NCBI RefSeq assembly: GCF_964213995.1
Contig: NC_135802.1
Location: forward strand, 150,474,001-150,538,000
Reading direction: 5' to 3'
DNA: 64,000 nucleotides
Origin: Mustelus asterias
Taxonomy: Eukaryota
Shown here: one piece after another, positions 34,079 through 46,569 of the stretch
Layout of the letters: every line of letters begins with the position of its first letter
Position numbering within the stretch: position 1 is the first letter of the stretch
The notes under the pieces: generated by a model
Told to the model about the DNA's origin: nothing
The model's database searches: none
Seen by the model: the letters and a program-made list of their open reading frames with translations, nothing else
Made by a program: the position numbers and the translations under genes

Positions 34079-34557
34079 AGTAGCTTGTGTGGGTCAAAAC
34101 GACATGATTGAACAGCCACAGCATGGAGTCCATTCCATTAAACATTTGGTGCTTGAGGAGCAGAGCTGAAAGTAGAGGAGGCCAGTGAAGAGTTTGTGAT
34201 AGCTGATGGAAGAAGAATCTGCAGTTTTAGTGGCTAAGAAGACCCATTTATTTCCCTCCGAAAATAAGTTAATGAAATTAATTATTTCAGCGACAGACTT
34301 GACAATAATCCTTGCATCTTTACGTCAGTTATAAACTCTACATTTCTCATGCCAACCACCTTGTAGCTTGTCAGATGGAAAACGTGGCATCTTCTCATTC
34401 CACATTGTATGTTGTCCAGTTCTGTGGTGTCCTATTTAATCGGAGCAGTGTTAAAATTGCCCAAACATATTGACTGTAATGCTTCAGCACAGAACATAAA
34501 GAATTCTGCTGGCCTGAAACAGAGGTTCCCATAGGCAGAGGAGGTGGGTTAGGGTTT

Positions 34558-34895
34558 CATAGAATCTTAGAATCCCTACAGTGCAGAAGGAGGCCATTTG
34601 GCCCATTGGGTCTCCATCAACTCTCTGACAGAGTATCTTACCCAGGCCCTCTCTCCCTGTAACCCCACATATTTACCATGGCTAATCCATCTAACCGAGA
34701 CATCTCGGAGCACTAAGGGACAATTTAGCATGGGCAGTCCGCCCAACCTGCACATCCTTGCACATCTTTGGAGGAAACCCATTCAGACAAGGGGAGAATG
34801 TGCAAACTCCACACAGACTGTCACCCAAGGTGGGAATGGAACCCAGGTCCCTGAAACTGTGTGGCAGCAGTGCTGACTTCTGTTCCACCATGCCG
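34558..34895 (-). mobile_element. HE1-type V-SINE
   Basis: Full-length, diverged copy. Confidence 0.85.
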
Positions 34896-35129
34896 TGATA
34901 GCATCACCCACATGCTCAACATGTAAAATAGTTGATGTAGCCACTGATTTCTTTCTGACTGATGGTACTGATGTGTTGCTCACATTGGTGTGTATCGGTG
35001 CAATGGGTAGCCTTCTAAAAGGTCCAAGAAGCATTTTGAAATGATAAATGCAAGCTTTTTTTTATGTATGTAAAAAGAGCAGGTGATTTCAAGCAACTTA
35101 CAATGTGGAATGTTCTCACACAAGACACT

Positions 35130-35655
35130 TGCTAGACTCCAGTTGGAAATTGTGTATCGTTTTGGGCGCTGCACCATAGGAAGGATGTGAATGCATTGGA
35201 TAGAGTGAGACGAAGTTTACAAAAATGGTTTCAGGCAATAGAAACTTCAGTAATGAGGATAGATTGGAGAAGTTGGGACTGTTCTTCATGGAGCGCAGAA
35301 GGCAAAGAAGAGATTTGATAGAGATGTTCAAAATCACGAGGAACCTGGACAGAGAGATGGGGAGAAACTGTTGCCGCTGGTAAAAGGAACAAGAACAAGA
35401 GGGCACAAATAGAAAGAAACAAGTGTGATCTGAGAGAAAACGTTTTCGCACATGAATGGTTTGGGTCAGGAATGCACAGCTTTGGGAGTGTTGTGGAGGC
35501 AGATTCAATCAAGGCATTCAAGTGAGCATTGGATGATTACTTGAATAGAAGCAATGAGCAGGGGAATGGCATTAAGTCAAAATGCTCATTTGGAGAGCCG
35601 GTGCAGACGGGATGGGCCAAATGGCCTCCTTTCTGTGCTGTAACAATTCTGTGAC
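35130..35655 (+). mobile_element. Degraded CR1 3' portion
   Basis: gaggatagattggagaagttgggactgttc...gatttgatagagatgttcaaa parallels 12860-12940; CR1 tail. Confidence 0.8.
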
Positions 35656-35884
35656 TTGTGATACAATGTTTTCCATACTGGCACACAAAACCCAGAGTGT
35701 TTTTCTGTACTATTCAGCGTAATAGCAACTTAAATCATACACTTTATTTGCAACAGTATGCAACCACATTAACATTAAAGGAGAGCGATGCTAAAATCGA
35801 AGTCAGAAATCATTTGCCACCCACGCTGCTGGAAAAAGCTTATCTTCAATTTATATTTTTCTCGTTCTGTTTGTGTTTTATATG

Positions 35885-36313
35885 TCATAGAGTCACGGAC
35901 GTTTCCAGCACGGAAACAGGCCCTTCGGCCCAACTTGTCCATGCCTCCCTTTTTTAACTAAGCTAGTCCCAATTGCCTATGTTTGGCCCATGTATAGCAT
36001 CATAGAATCTCTACAGTGCAGGAGGAGGCCATTCGGACCATCGAGCCTGCACTGACAACAATCCCAACCAGGCCCTATCCCCATAACCCCGTGTGTTTAC
36101 CTTGATAATCCCCCTGACACTAAGGGTTAATTTAGCATGGCCAATCAACCTAACCCGCGTATCTTTGGAGTGTGGGAGAAAATCGGAGCACCCGGAGGAA
36201 ACCCACGCAGATAAGGGGAGAATGTGCAAACTCCACACACACGCACAATCATCCGAGGCCGGAATTGAACCCGGGTCCCTGGCACTGAGGCAGCAGTGCT
36301 AACCACTGTGCCG
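35885..36313 (-). mobile_element. CR1 3' tail fragment followed by HE1 V-SINE (35995-36313)
   Basis: gaaacaggcccttcggccc CR1 stem-loop; HE1 full length. Confidence 0.8.
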
Positions 36314-36764
36314 CTCTATGTATATAATATCTATCTACCTCCAAGCCCACCATTTGGAAACAAGAACTCACAACAGCTGTACTGTCTCACTCTGTCATTG
36401 TGAGGCCACTGTCATAACCTATCATTTTGGGTTTTTTCTTTAAATGGATTTATAATGTTGCTTAAGAAAATGGATCAGACTCCTAAAAAATGACAGGGAC
36501 AAGAATTGTTAAGAAGTCATTGCGTGTTCATTTGAAACAGCTCCAAGGAGTCCACAAAAAGATCAGCCATGATTTTATTGACTGGCGGAGCAGGCTCGAG
36601 GGACCAGATGGCCTACTCCTGCTCCTAGTTCTGTGAAACTAAGACGGTATGTTAGCTTCACATTGGGAATTGCAAGGAGTTGGGAGTTCCAGCTCCGTTT
36701 TAATGGAAAAATCAAAGCCTGCCATATTCTAACGCATGTGACTTTTCTTTTTTTTGGATAACAG

Positions 36765-37645
36765 GTAAATGGACGCAAAGCATTAAGGAGGTCAGTGTAA
36801 ATGAGCAGTGTAGCAACATCCTCAACAACAAACGGTTCATGCTGGACATGTTGTATGCGCAGAACAAAAAGGCAGATGATGGTGAGGAGACAGAGCTCGA
36901 GAAAAAAGAGGAGGAAAAACAGGAGTCCCTTGCCAGTCTGGCTAGCCGCATCAGCATTCTGCAGGCCAGCAAGCAGGCTTGTGAGGACAAAGTGAAAAAA
37001 ATGGAGATCGACCACTTGGAGAACCACGGCAGCGTCAAAGCTTTTACTGACAAATTCAACAGTGGCGAGCTGAGTAAAGGGCCTCCGTTATCTGATTCTG
37101 AAGTGACCACCAAGGCTGTGGACAAAATGACTGCGCAGCCCAAAACGGAATCGGATTATATTTGGGATCAGCTCATGGCCAATCCAAGGGAGCTAAAGAT
37201 CAAAGATATAGACTTCACGGACTTGGAGGAGGAGGATGATGTAGATGTGTTGGACATGGAAAATCTACTTAACTCTGGAGACACAATACTCCCTCCCCCG
37301 CCTCCCCCACTTTCCTTTATGGGCTTGCCTCCCCCTCCTCCACCCCCTACACTGTACTGCCCTCCTCCTCCCCCGGTACCTGGAGTGTCAGTGCCCCCGC
37401 CACCCCCTTTCGGCCTTCAGAAATCCGTGGGGTCACCTCACCTGCCCAGGGGTGAGCCGACATTTATCAAGAAGAAGAAAACCATCCGGCTGTTCTGGAA
37501 CGAAGTCCGACCGATTGATTGGCAGTACAAAAATCACAAGCGATGCAGGGAGCCTCTTTGGACCCGACTGGAGCCTGTAAAGGTTGACATATCCAAGTTG
37601 GAGCATCTCTTCGAATCAAAATCAAAGGAATTGCCAGTCACTAAG
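36765..37645 (+). CDS. FHOD3: FHOD3 large exon (881 nt): FH1 polyproline domain and start of FH2
   Basis: Acceptor ataacag|GT, donor AAG|gtaacg; ORF 36839..37714 with poly-Pro runs and KKKKTIRLFWNEVRP; phase 1-0. Confidence 0.97.
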
Positions 37646-38031
37646 GTAACGAGCAGTGATAAGATAAGGATGCCAGGAAAAGGGTCTCAACAAACTTGTG
37701 GAATGGGTGTATAAGTGGCACATTATAGTATGGATAATGTAAGGTGTTACTTTTAGTAGGAGGAATGAGGAGGTCACCCACTTCCTGGAGAATAAGAGGC
37801 TGTGGAGCAAAGGGATCCAGGCATAAAGACACAAATCATTAAAAGTATTAATGTAGGGTCACAAGACCAAATAAAGTGCAAACCGTTAGTTCTTTCCCAG
37901 AATAGAGTTCAGAAGCAGAGAAGTTGAGTTAAAATTATACCCAACCTTGGTTAGGTCGTACCATAACACCATGTTAAGGAGCACTGAACAAAGTCCAACA
38001 AAAGATTGGAAAGGTGGTACCAGAATCACTG

Positions 38032-38213
38032 GTGACACGGTAGCACAATGATTAGCACTGCTGCCTCACAGCGCCAGGGACCCAGGTTCAATTCCTGCTC
38101 ACCTTTGGAGTGAAGGAGGCATTCGGAGGAAATCCACGCAGACACGAGAAGAACATGCAATCGCCACATAGACAGTTACCCAAGGCTGGATTTGAACCCA
38201 GGTCTCTGGAGCT
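38032..38213. mobile_element. Two opposed V-SINE head fragments
   Basis: + head 38032-38095, then - strand V-domain and head about 38105-38213. Confidence 0.7.
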
Positions 38214-38214
38214 C

Positions 38215-38555
38215 CCTGAGCCCTTGCCCCTTCCCATCTCTGTCACTTCCTCCAACCCTACAATCCTCTGAAATATCCATTAATTCTGGCCTCTTGAGCA
38301 TCCCCGAAAATCATTCCACCATTGGTGGCTGTGCTTTCAGCTGCCTGGACCCTTCGCTGTGAATTCTCTCTCTCAGCCTCTCCGCTATGCTACCTTGTGC
38401 TCCCCCACCAAGATAGTCCCATCTCTTTGACCAGTTTTTTGATCATTTGCCCTAGTATCTTATGTCACTTTGTTTTCTGTTATGATGATCCCTGTGAAGC
38501 CACTTGGGAAGTTTTCTTATATCACAAGCACTATATAAATGCAAGTGTTGCTTCA
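38215..38555 (+). mobile_element. Old L2-like 3' fragment
   Basis: attggtggctgtgctttcagctgcctgg...; tail cactatataaatgcaagtgttg. Confidence 0.65.
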
Positions 38556-38724
38556 GACAGCTTAATGGTGCTCATTGTTCAATACTAATTCACAATAGTC
38601 CACCATTTCCCGGAACAGAGTGTAAGGCTCAAGAGTGCAAAGGGAAATTGAGATACGAATGATCTTTCTCCATTTTTATGCGAGGCCCAAATTTCCTTTT
38701 GCATTCTTTTTTCGTTCCTTGACT

Positions 38725-39065
38725 CTTTCATGGGATGTTGGTATTACTGGCAAGACCAGTATTTGTTCCCCATCCCTAATTGCCCTTGAATTGAGTGGCT
38801 TGCTAGGCCATTTCAGAGGACAGTTAAGAGTCAACCGCATTGCTGTGGGCTTGGACTTGCATGTAGGCCAGTCCAGGTAAGGACGGCAGATTTCCTTTCC
38901 TAAAGGACATCAATATACCAGATAGGTTTTTACAACAATCGACAATTATACTTTTCATTCCAGATTTTTATTGAATTCCGATTCCACCATCCCCGTGGGA
39001 TTCAAACCCGGATTCCCCAGAGCATTATCCTGGGTCTCTGGATTAGTAGTCCAGCGACATTGTAC
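38725..39065 (-). mobile_element. Family-2 tRNA SINE
   Basis: Core and head on the reverse strand. Confidence 0.82.
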
Positions 39066-39684
39066 AACTCCTCCGTGTCCCCAATTGAGTGAAAGCTCCA
39101 CTGAAATTTCTATCATTTAGTTAACGTAGTTAACGCCACATCCCATTTAAACAATCAAAGAATGTGAATTTCCTCCATTTAGAACAGTTCCAGTGGGAGT
39201 ATTTGAATGCTTCATTTTTGAGACACAATCGGACCCAGTTATATTTTTCACATATTAGGGCTTGATTTTCATTATTTTTCCTCGTCGAGACCTATGACAT
39301 ATTTTCTATCTCTTTGAATGCATTTTTATTGTATTACTATGAGTTGCATGAAAAAGGAGTGCATCCATGAATATTTCATAAACATGCTTTGTCTAATGTA
39401 TATAAAGTATTGGTTGATTGCTTCAAGTGAAGAAATTTGGCACATCTTCTTCACACTCATAGGAACTCAGATCTCCATCTCGTGCTAATGAGATGCTCAG
39501 GAGATGCTGGCCAACTTTAAGATTGGTAGAGATTTTGATGCAACTTGTGGTTCATCGTGTTTGAGGACATTACAAGCCATTCACTGGTCCAATAGAGGGA
39601 GGCTGGAGTGGAAAATGGAAACAAATTGTACTTTTAAGATTGGGGTTGAAGCACATGCTTGGACAAAGAGAGGGGGGTTTTGGA

Positions 39685-40005
39685 ACGGCACGGTGGCACA
39701 GTGGTTAGCACTGCTATCTCACAGTGCCAGGGACCCGGGTTCGATTCCCGGCTTGGGTCACTGTGCAGAGTTTGCACGTTCCCCCCGTGTCTGCGTGGGT
39801 TTCCTCTGGGTGCTGCGGTTTCCTCCCACAGTCCAAAGATGTCGGGTTAGGTGGATTGGCCATGATAAATTGCTCCTTAGTGTCATGGGGACTAGCTAGG
39901 GTAAATGCATGGGGTTATGGGGATAGGGCCTGGGTGGGATTGTGGTCGGTGCAGACTCAATGGGCCAAATGGCCTCCTTCTACACTGTAGGATTCTATGA
40001 TTCTA
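39685..40005 (+). mobile_element. HE1-type V-SINE
   Basis: Near-consensus full copy ending gattctatgattcta. Confidence 0.9.
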
Positions 40006-40149
40006 TTATCTGTGTATAACCAATGCTGTTGTCCGATACGAACAGGATGTAGAAGTAAAACTCTATTCTGTGGCATTGACAATTCTAACTAAGCACAATA
40101 ATCGGTCAATTAATTCCAGCTGAGGTTTATTCTGACAGGTTAAAAATTA

Positions 40150-40675
40150 GTACAAAACACTGCGGATGCTGGAAATTTGAAATAAAACAGAAAATACTAG
40201 AAACTAGAGATCAGGCCGCATCTATGGAAAGTGAAACCAAGTTCACAGTGCAGATCTGAATGGTCATCAGTCTGAAGTATTGGCCGTGATTCTCCCATCC
40301 CGCTGCGTTGCGGCGGTCACGGGGCTAACCAGCGATCGGGAGGCTGTCAGTGTGGGACCGCTGCGTATGCACCAATCTCGGCGCTGACAGATCGGCGCAT
40401 GCGCAGTAGCTCACTGAGCGCGTTGATTTCAGCCTCTCCAGTGGCAACATGCCCCGCCCCCTGAAATTTAATGATATTCCCACTGGTGGCCTCTGCAGTG
40501 CACTGAGTATGGGAAATTCTTCTCTGAACTCCCATTGAGAAAAACAGCGTGAATTACTCCAGTTTTCACGCGAACTGGACACTTACAATTTTTTGGGGAG
40601 AGTTGCGCCCATTCACTTTGTTTTTCCTCTCTCCACAGATGTTGCCTGAGCCAGCAAAGCATTTTCTGTTTTTAC
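40150..40675. mobile_element. Old Penelope-like family B palindrome split by a MITE
   Basis: ctgcggatgctggaaatttgaaataaaacagaaaa left arm; ctctccacagatgttgcctg...cattttctgttttt right arm. Confidence 0.6.
40282..40610. mobile_element. MITE with TIRs and 3-bp ATT target duplication (PIF/Harbinger-like)
   Basis: att|ggccgtgattctccc ... gggagagttgcgccc|att. Confidence 0.7.
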
Positions 40676-40691
40676 TTTAAAACATAATTAT

Positions 40692-41030
40692 GGGCGGCGT
40701 GGTGACACAGTAGTTAGCATTGCTGTCTCACAGCTCCAAGGACCTGAGTTCAATTCCCGGCTTTGGGTCACTGTCTGTGAGGAGTTTGCACATTCTCCCT
40801 GTGCCTGCATGGGTTTCCTCCGGATGCTCCCACAGTCCAAAGATGTGCGGGTTAGTTTGATTGGCCATGCAAAATTGCCTCTTAGTGTCTTGGGATGTAT
40901 TGGGTAGAGGGATTAGTGGGATAAATGTGTGGGGTAGTGGGGATAAGGCCTAGGTGGGATCGTTGTCGGTGCAGACTCGATAGGCCGAATGGCCTCCTCC
41001 TGCATTGTAGGGTTTCTATGATTCTATGAG
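40692..41030 (+). mobile_element. HE1-type V-SINE
   Basis: Full-length match. Confidence 0.88.
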
Positions 41031-41614
41031 TCTAATTGACCAGTGACTCCTTCCTAAGTGGGTTACATTTATCCCTCAGGCTGTCACAGTGGGAATGTGG
41101 CTTTGCTGCTGGGATAAATCTAATGTGTAGGAGCATGCTTAGGCTAATTAAGCATAATGGATTCAAGATGGCAACTAACCATTACAGCCTTTCAACTGAA
41201 CCAACCTCAAGACCTTCAATACAAAAGACATGGTTTCGTTGTCTCCAAAAGGAACACTTCTAAATGACCTATTTTGTTCCCCCATCAGCAAAACAAGTTC
41301 AAACTACCCATCAAAGCAAAATATCTTTATAATTATGCTAGTTTTTGAAATTATGGATCAGATTTACTTGAAGCAGGGCATCCCTGGCATGCATGTTGGA
41401 ATTGTTTATATATGCTTAGGTTTTAAAAGGCGAGGCAATAGGACAGTTGGAACTTGGTGAATAATGGTACAAACAAGGAGAACAATCCCACTTCTCTAAT
41501 CTCTCCACATAACTGAAACCCCTACTATTCTATCAGGCCTCCTCTGCACCTATTCCCAATAAGAGTTTTAACAACACCAGGTTAAAGTCCAACAGGTTTA
41601 TTTGGTAGCAAATA

Positions 41615-41651
41615 CCATTAGCTTTCGGAGCGCTGCTCCTTCGTCAGATGG
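41615..41651 (-). ncRNA. Minimal hammerhead ribozyme motif, antisense arm
   Basis: Exact reverse complement of 41687-41723. Confidence 0.72.
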
Positions 41652-41686
41652 AGTGGAAATGACATAGTGGAAGTGACATTTCCACT

Positions 41687-41723
41687 CCATCTGACGAAGG
41701 AGCAGCGCTCCGAAAGCTAATGG
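41687..41723 (+). ncRNA. Minimal type I hammerhead ribozyme motif (sense to FHOD3)
   Basis: CCAT-CTGACGA-A-GGAGC-AGC-GCTCC-GAA-AGCT-A-ATGG: intact CUGANGA/GAAA core, stem II GGAGC/GCTCC, stem I CCAT/ATGG, palindromic AGCT in place of stem III. Confidence 0.75.
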
Positions 41724-42254
41724 TATTTCCTACCAAATAAACCTGTTGGACTTTAACCTGGTGTTGTTAAAACTCTTACTGTGTTCACCCCAGTCCAACG
41801 CCGGCATCTCCACATCATGACTATTCCCAAGGCCATGACATTCTTTCTAAAGTGCGGTGCTCAGAGTTGAACCAGTTATTTAGCATGGACTCCAATTGTT
41901 CAAGGAGGTGACTCACCATCACCTTTCCAAGGGGAACTCCAAGTAGGTAATAAATGCTCACCTGGCTAGCAACACCCATATCTCAATAACGCCTTAACAA
42001 AACCACTTAGTGAGCCACCCTGTTGGGAATCTCCTCAAAGAATTCAAAGCTCGATTGGTAGGACATAAATCACAAATCCATGCTGGGTCTTTCTAGCTGA
42101 AATACACTATGTCCGTGTCCAGTCGCTCTGTCTCTGATAACAGATTCCAGTAACTTTGCTACAATTGACACTAAACTGGCAGGTTTCCTTGATTCTGTTG
42201 TCCCCAATCCCTGTACTTAGCAACATTGTCCTGGAACAGGGATGAGATAAAACA

Positions 42255-42505
42255 GAGGAGGAGGAGGAATTTCTTCAGCCAGAGAGTGATGAATCTGTGG
42301 AGCTCTTTGCTGCAGAGGGCTGTGGAGGCCAGGTCATTGAGTGCCTTTAAGACAGAGATAGATAGGCTCTTGATTCATAAGGAGATCAGGGGTTATGGGG
42401 AAAAGGCAGGAGAATGGGGATGAGAAAAATATCAGCCATTGAATGGTGGAGCAGATTCGATGGGCCGAGTGGCCTAATTCTGCTCCTATGTCTTGGGGTC
42501 TAACA
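42255..42505 (+). mobile_element. CR1 3' end fragment
   Basis: ORF 42226: RRNFFSQRVMNLWSSL...FKTEIDRLL..IRGYG; tail. Confidence 0.85.
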
Positions 42506-43199
42506 GGAATTATGCAAATACACAAACACATTGGGTTAGATGTTGCTGTGAGCAATGAGCAAACAGTGCCAGTTGTGAACTTGTACTTACCCAGAAGCTG
42601 TTTGTGAGCTTTTGTCTGCATGTTACTCTCAACCAAACAGCATGATTCCCTCTACAAGGCATCTGGGATCTATGAACAAGCACGGAGCAGTGTAACATTA
42701 ATGAGCAGTTGAACCGGGAAGTTTAAATCATTAATTCAATGTTGAATTAGGTACAAAAAATAAAACAAAAGGGTAACGAATGCAACATTGGGTTAAGAGA
42801 AAGAAAAGGGGAGTTTTAAAAATGAATTTTTAAAAATCTCCAACAATAATTAAAATGTAAAGGAATGAGACTTTCCATTTGTAAAACAAAATAAATCAGT
42901 GCCAGAGAGGTTGTTTGGCAGTATTCACAACATTTGTTCTGTTGAAAGGACATTTTGAATTTGGTTAATATCTACAATGTCAGGACAGTAATGCATTTGA
43001 ATGGGCAGCCAGGCAATATTATTTCCATCTATCTCAGGCAACAACGTCTGGATTTTCTTGTCTTAACTGCACATCCATGTTGGTTGAAATTATTGTCCAA
43101 TTTGTGTGTAAGTAATGGTGAGCGCTGCTGCCTCACTATTATTTTCACAGCTAGCGATAGCCAATTGTCAATGTTCCATTAAACCTTTCATATTATTTT

Positions 43200-43520
43200 C
43201 ATAGAATCGAAGAATCCCTACAGTGCAGAAGGAGGCCACTCAGCCCATTGAACCTGCACTGACAACAATCCCACCCAGGTTCTATCCCCGCAACCCCATG
43301 TATTTGCCCTGCTAATCTCCCTGACATTAAGTGTCAATTTTAACATGGCCCATCCACCTACCCTGCACATCTTTGGAGTGTGGAAGGAAACTGGAGCACC
43401 CGGAGGGAACCCACACAGGCGCAGGGAGAATGTGCAAACGCCACATGGACAGTGACCCAAGGTTGGGAATTGAACCTGGGTCCCTGGTGCTGTGAGGCAG
43501 CAGTGCTGCCCACTGTACTG
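43200..43520 (-). mobile_element. HE1-type V-SINE
   Basis: Full-length match. Confidence 0.88.
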
Positions 43521-43609
43521 CTTAAAAATCTATTAATGGTTAAGAAGAATGGATGAAATAACCTATGAAACGAAGTGAGGATTCTCATCCTATGGGGAAA
43601 CTACAAAGT

Positions 43610-43990
43610 GTTGTGAATGAAGCCTAGTCCATTACTCAAACCAGCCTCCCATCCACTGACTCTGTCTACACTGCCCGCTACCTCAGAAAAGCAGCCAGCA
43701 TAATTAAGGACCCCACGCACCCCGGACATTCTCTCTTCCATCGGACAAAAGATACAAAAGTCTGATGTCAAGTACCAACCAACTCAAGAACAGCTTCTTC
43801 CCTGCTGCATCAGACTTTTGAATTGACCTACCTTGCATTAAGTTAATCTTTCTCTACACCCTAGCTATGACTGTAACACTACATTCTGCACTCTCTCCTT
43901 TCCTTCTCTATGAACGGTATGCATTGTCTGTATAGCGCGCAAGAAACAACACTTTTCACTGTATATTATTCATGTGACAAATCAAATCAA
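43610..43990 (+). mobile_element. Rex/Babar-like 3' fragment (+)
   Basis: Reverse complement of 44935-45320; ends aatcaaatcaaa. Confidence 0.85.
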
Positions 43991-44729
43991 AGTGCAGTTG
44001 GATAAAGCACCGAGGCAGATGTGACTATCAACCAGGAAGTTTTAAGATCAAATTTTTGGAATTTTGTCGAGCTTTCTTTGTACAGCTGCAACCAATTTCA
44101 TACCAGTAACAACCTTCAACAATGAATTGTACAAATTGTAGTTATAAACATGCCCTTTCACTGCTAACTTTAAAGAGCCCTTTTGTTAAAACAGAACATG
44201 CACACCTATAGCAAATGGCTTTCGAGTGCTTTACTCGTAGCATGGAGTCAACTTCTTTTCCCTATAAATTAATTTTTGTTCAATATTGAATAGGCCAACA
44301 TCTGCATGGCAATTACTGGCATCAGATGTTCCTGTACTCTTGAGAGAGCGAATTTATTGTTCCGCACAAGAGGCACATCCAGAATGATTGCCGACAATAA
44401 AAATGAAGGAACTTTGTTATAGTTTCTACCCACAGCACGGGTTGTTATATAAAATGGTTCCACATGATGTAGGGCAGCAAATGGGGGTTTTTGTTTGTAA
44501 CGCCAAACCATTGTTAGACATGTGTGCGGTGAACACATCCGTTACATTGAAATACTGGCAACAGTTTCAAAGGTGGTTGTAACAAACCGAGCCTTTATGG
44601 CAAAATTCCTGTGGTTTGTTGTCTATAACTCGAACTGGTAAGGTAGTTAAAAGTGAGTTTACCATGAATTTTTCAGTAACTATTTAATTTTGCTTCTTTA
44701 CTCTTGGTGATTCAGCCTTACTAGACAAG

Positions 44730-46090
44730 TTTGACGTATTATTGTCACATGTATTGGGATGCAGTGAAAAGTATTGTTTTTTGCGCACTCTAGAGACAAA
44801 ACATACCATTCATAGGATACATGGGGGAGGAGGAAAGCATAGGGTGCAGAATGTAGTATTGCAGTTACAGATAGGGTGAAGAGAAATATATGATGGGTCC
44901 ATTCAAAAGTCTGATGGCCGCAGGGAAGAATTTGATTTGATTTATTATTGTCACATGTATTAACATACAGTGAAAAGTATTGTTTCTTGCGCGCTATACG
45001 GAGAAAGCATACCGTTCATAGAGAAAGAAAAGAGAGAATGCAGAATGTAGTGATAGTCATAGCTAGGATGTAGAGAAAGATCAACTTAATGCAAGGCAAG
45101 TCCATTCAAAAGTCAGACAGCAGCAGGAAAGAAGCTGTTCTTGAGTCAGTTGGTACGTGACCTCAGACTTTTGTATCTTTTTCCCAAAGGAAGAAGGTGG
45201 AAGAGAAAATGTCTGGGGTGCGTGGGGTCCTTAATTATACTGGTTACTTTGCCGAGGCAGCGGGAAGTGTCGACAGAGTCAGTGGATGGGAGGCTGGTTT
45301 GCGTGATGGATTGGGCTACATTTATGACCTTTTGTAGTTCCTTGCGGTCTTGGGCAGAGCAGGAGCCATACCAAGCTGTAATACAACCAGAAAGAATGCT
45401 TTCTATGGTGCATCTGTAAAAGTTGGTGAGAGTCGTAGCTGACATGCCACATTTCCTTAGTCTTCTGAGAAAGTAGAGGCGTTGGTGGGCTTTCTTAACC
45501 AAAATGTTGGCATGGGGGGACCAGGACAGGTTGGTGACCTGGATAGCTAAAAACTTGAAGCTCTCGACGCTTTCTACTTCATCTGCGTTGATGTAGACAG
45601 AGGCATGTTCTCCTTTATGCTTCCTGAAGTCGATGACAATCGCCTTCATTTTGTTGACATTGAGGGAGAGATTATTTTTGCCACGCCATTTCACCAGATT
45701 CTCTATCCTATTCCTGTACTCTGTCTCATCATTGTTTGAGATCCGACCCACTACGGTGGTGTCGTCAGCAAACTTGAAAATTGAATTGGAGGGGAATTTG
45801 GCCGCACAGTCATAGGTGTATAAGGAGTATAGTTTGGGGCTGAGAACACAGTCTTGTGGGGCACTGGTGTTGAAGATGATCGTGGAGGAGGTGTTGTTGC
45901 CTATCCTTACTGATTGTGGGTCTGTGAGTTAGGAAGTTCAGGATCCAGTCGCAGAGAGAGGTGCTGAGGCCCAGGCCACGGAGTTTGGAGATGAGTTTTG
46001 TGGGAATAATGATGTTGAAGGCTGAGCTGTAGTCAATAAATAGGAGTCTGACATAGGTGCCTTTGTTATCTAGGTGTTCCAGGGTTGAGA
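44730..46090 (-). mobile_element. Rex/Babar-like LINE: RT region and 3' end, with an extra tandem 3' fragment (44730-44928)
   Basis: ORF 45146..45751 preceded by FADDTTVVG; GRISNNDETEYR...KKAHQRLYFLRRL...CTIESILSGCITAWYG. Confidence 0.9.
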
Positions 46091-46127
46091 GCAGGCTGTT
46101 CTTTTGTGAACAAGAAGATGTTCTTTT

Positions 46128-46315
46128 TTATTTTATTCATTCATGGGACATGGGCGTCGCTGGTTGGGCCAGCATTTATTGCCTAGCCCGAGTTGCCCAA
46201 GGGCAGTTGAGAGTCAACCACATTGCTGTGGCTCTGGAGTCACATGTAGGCCAGACCAGGTACGGACAGCAGATTTTCTTCCCTAAAGGACATTAGTGAA
46301 CCAGATGGGTTTTTC
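46128..46315 (-). mobile_element. Family-2 SINE, 3' part
   Basis: Tail and core on the reverse strand. Confidence 0.85.
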
Positions 46316-46325
46316 TGAGTCAGTC

Positions 46326-46409
46326 TCACCTGATGAAGGAGCAGTGCTCCAAAGGCTCGTGATTCTAAATAAACCTGTTGGGCTTTAACCTGGTGTTGTG
46401 AGACTTCTT
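46326..46409 (+). mobile_element. Penelope-like family A single arm with decayed hammerhead
   Basis: tcac-ctgatga-aggagc-agt-gctcc-aaag-gctc-gtga then aaataaacctgttgggctttaacctggtgttgtgagacttctt. Confidence 0.75.
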
Positions 46410-46569
46410 CCTATGTCTTGATAGACACATGAACGGGAGGCAAACAGAGGGATAGAAACCACGTATTGGTGCAGGCCAGGTGGGCTGAAAGGCCTGTTCC
46501 TGTGCTGTTTTGTTCCTTGATCTTATCTCATCACCTCTTCTCATTCACCTGTTATGGCTCAGCAACGAC

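Larger units (their letters stand above)
41560..41820. mobile_element. Palindromic Penelope-like element, family A, 10-bp TSD, near-perfect arms
   Basis: TSD ctattcccaa at 41550-41559 and 41821-41830; about 100-bp inverted arms, short spacer, about 42-bp one-sided tail. Confidence 0.88.

Noticed and set aside
36575-37143. Minus-strand ORFs of 143-150 aa
   Set aside because: Antisense shadows of the FHOD3 coding exon.
39685-39760. tRNA gene-like A/B boxes (also 7995-8075)
   Set aside because: These are SINE heads that continue into SINE bodies; no full cloverleaf.
41560-41820. Interpretation as a miRNA precursor or DNA-transposon MITE
   Set aside because: Variable 10-14 bp TSDs, an asymmetric tail, a truncated copy and a hammerhead core fit a Penelope-like retroelement better.
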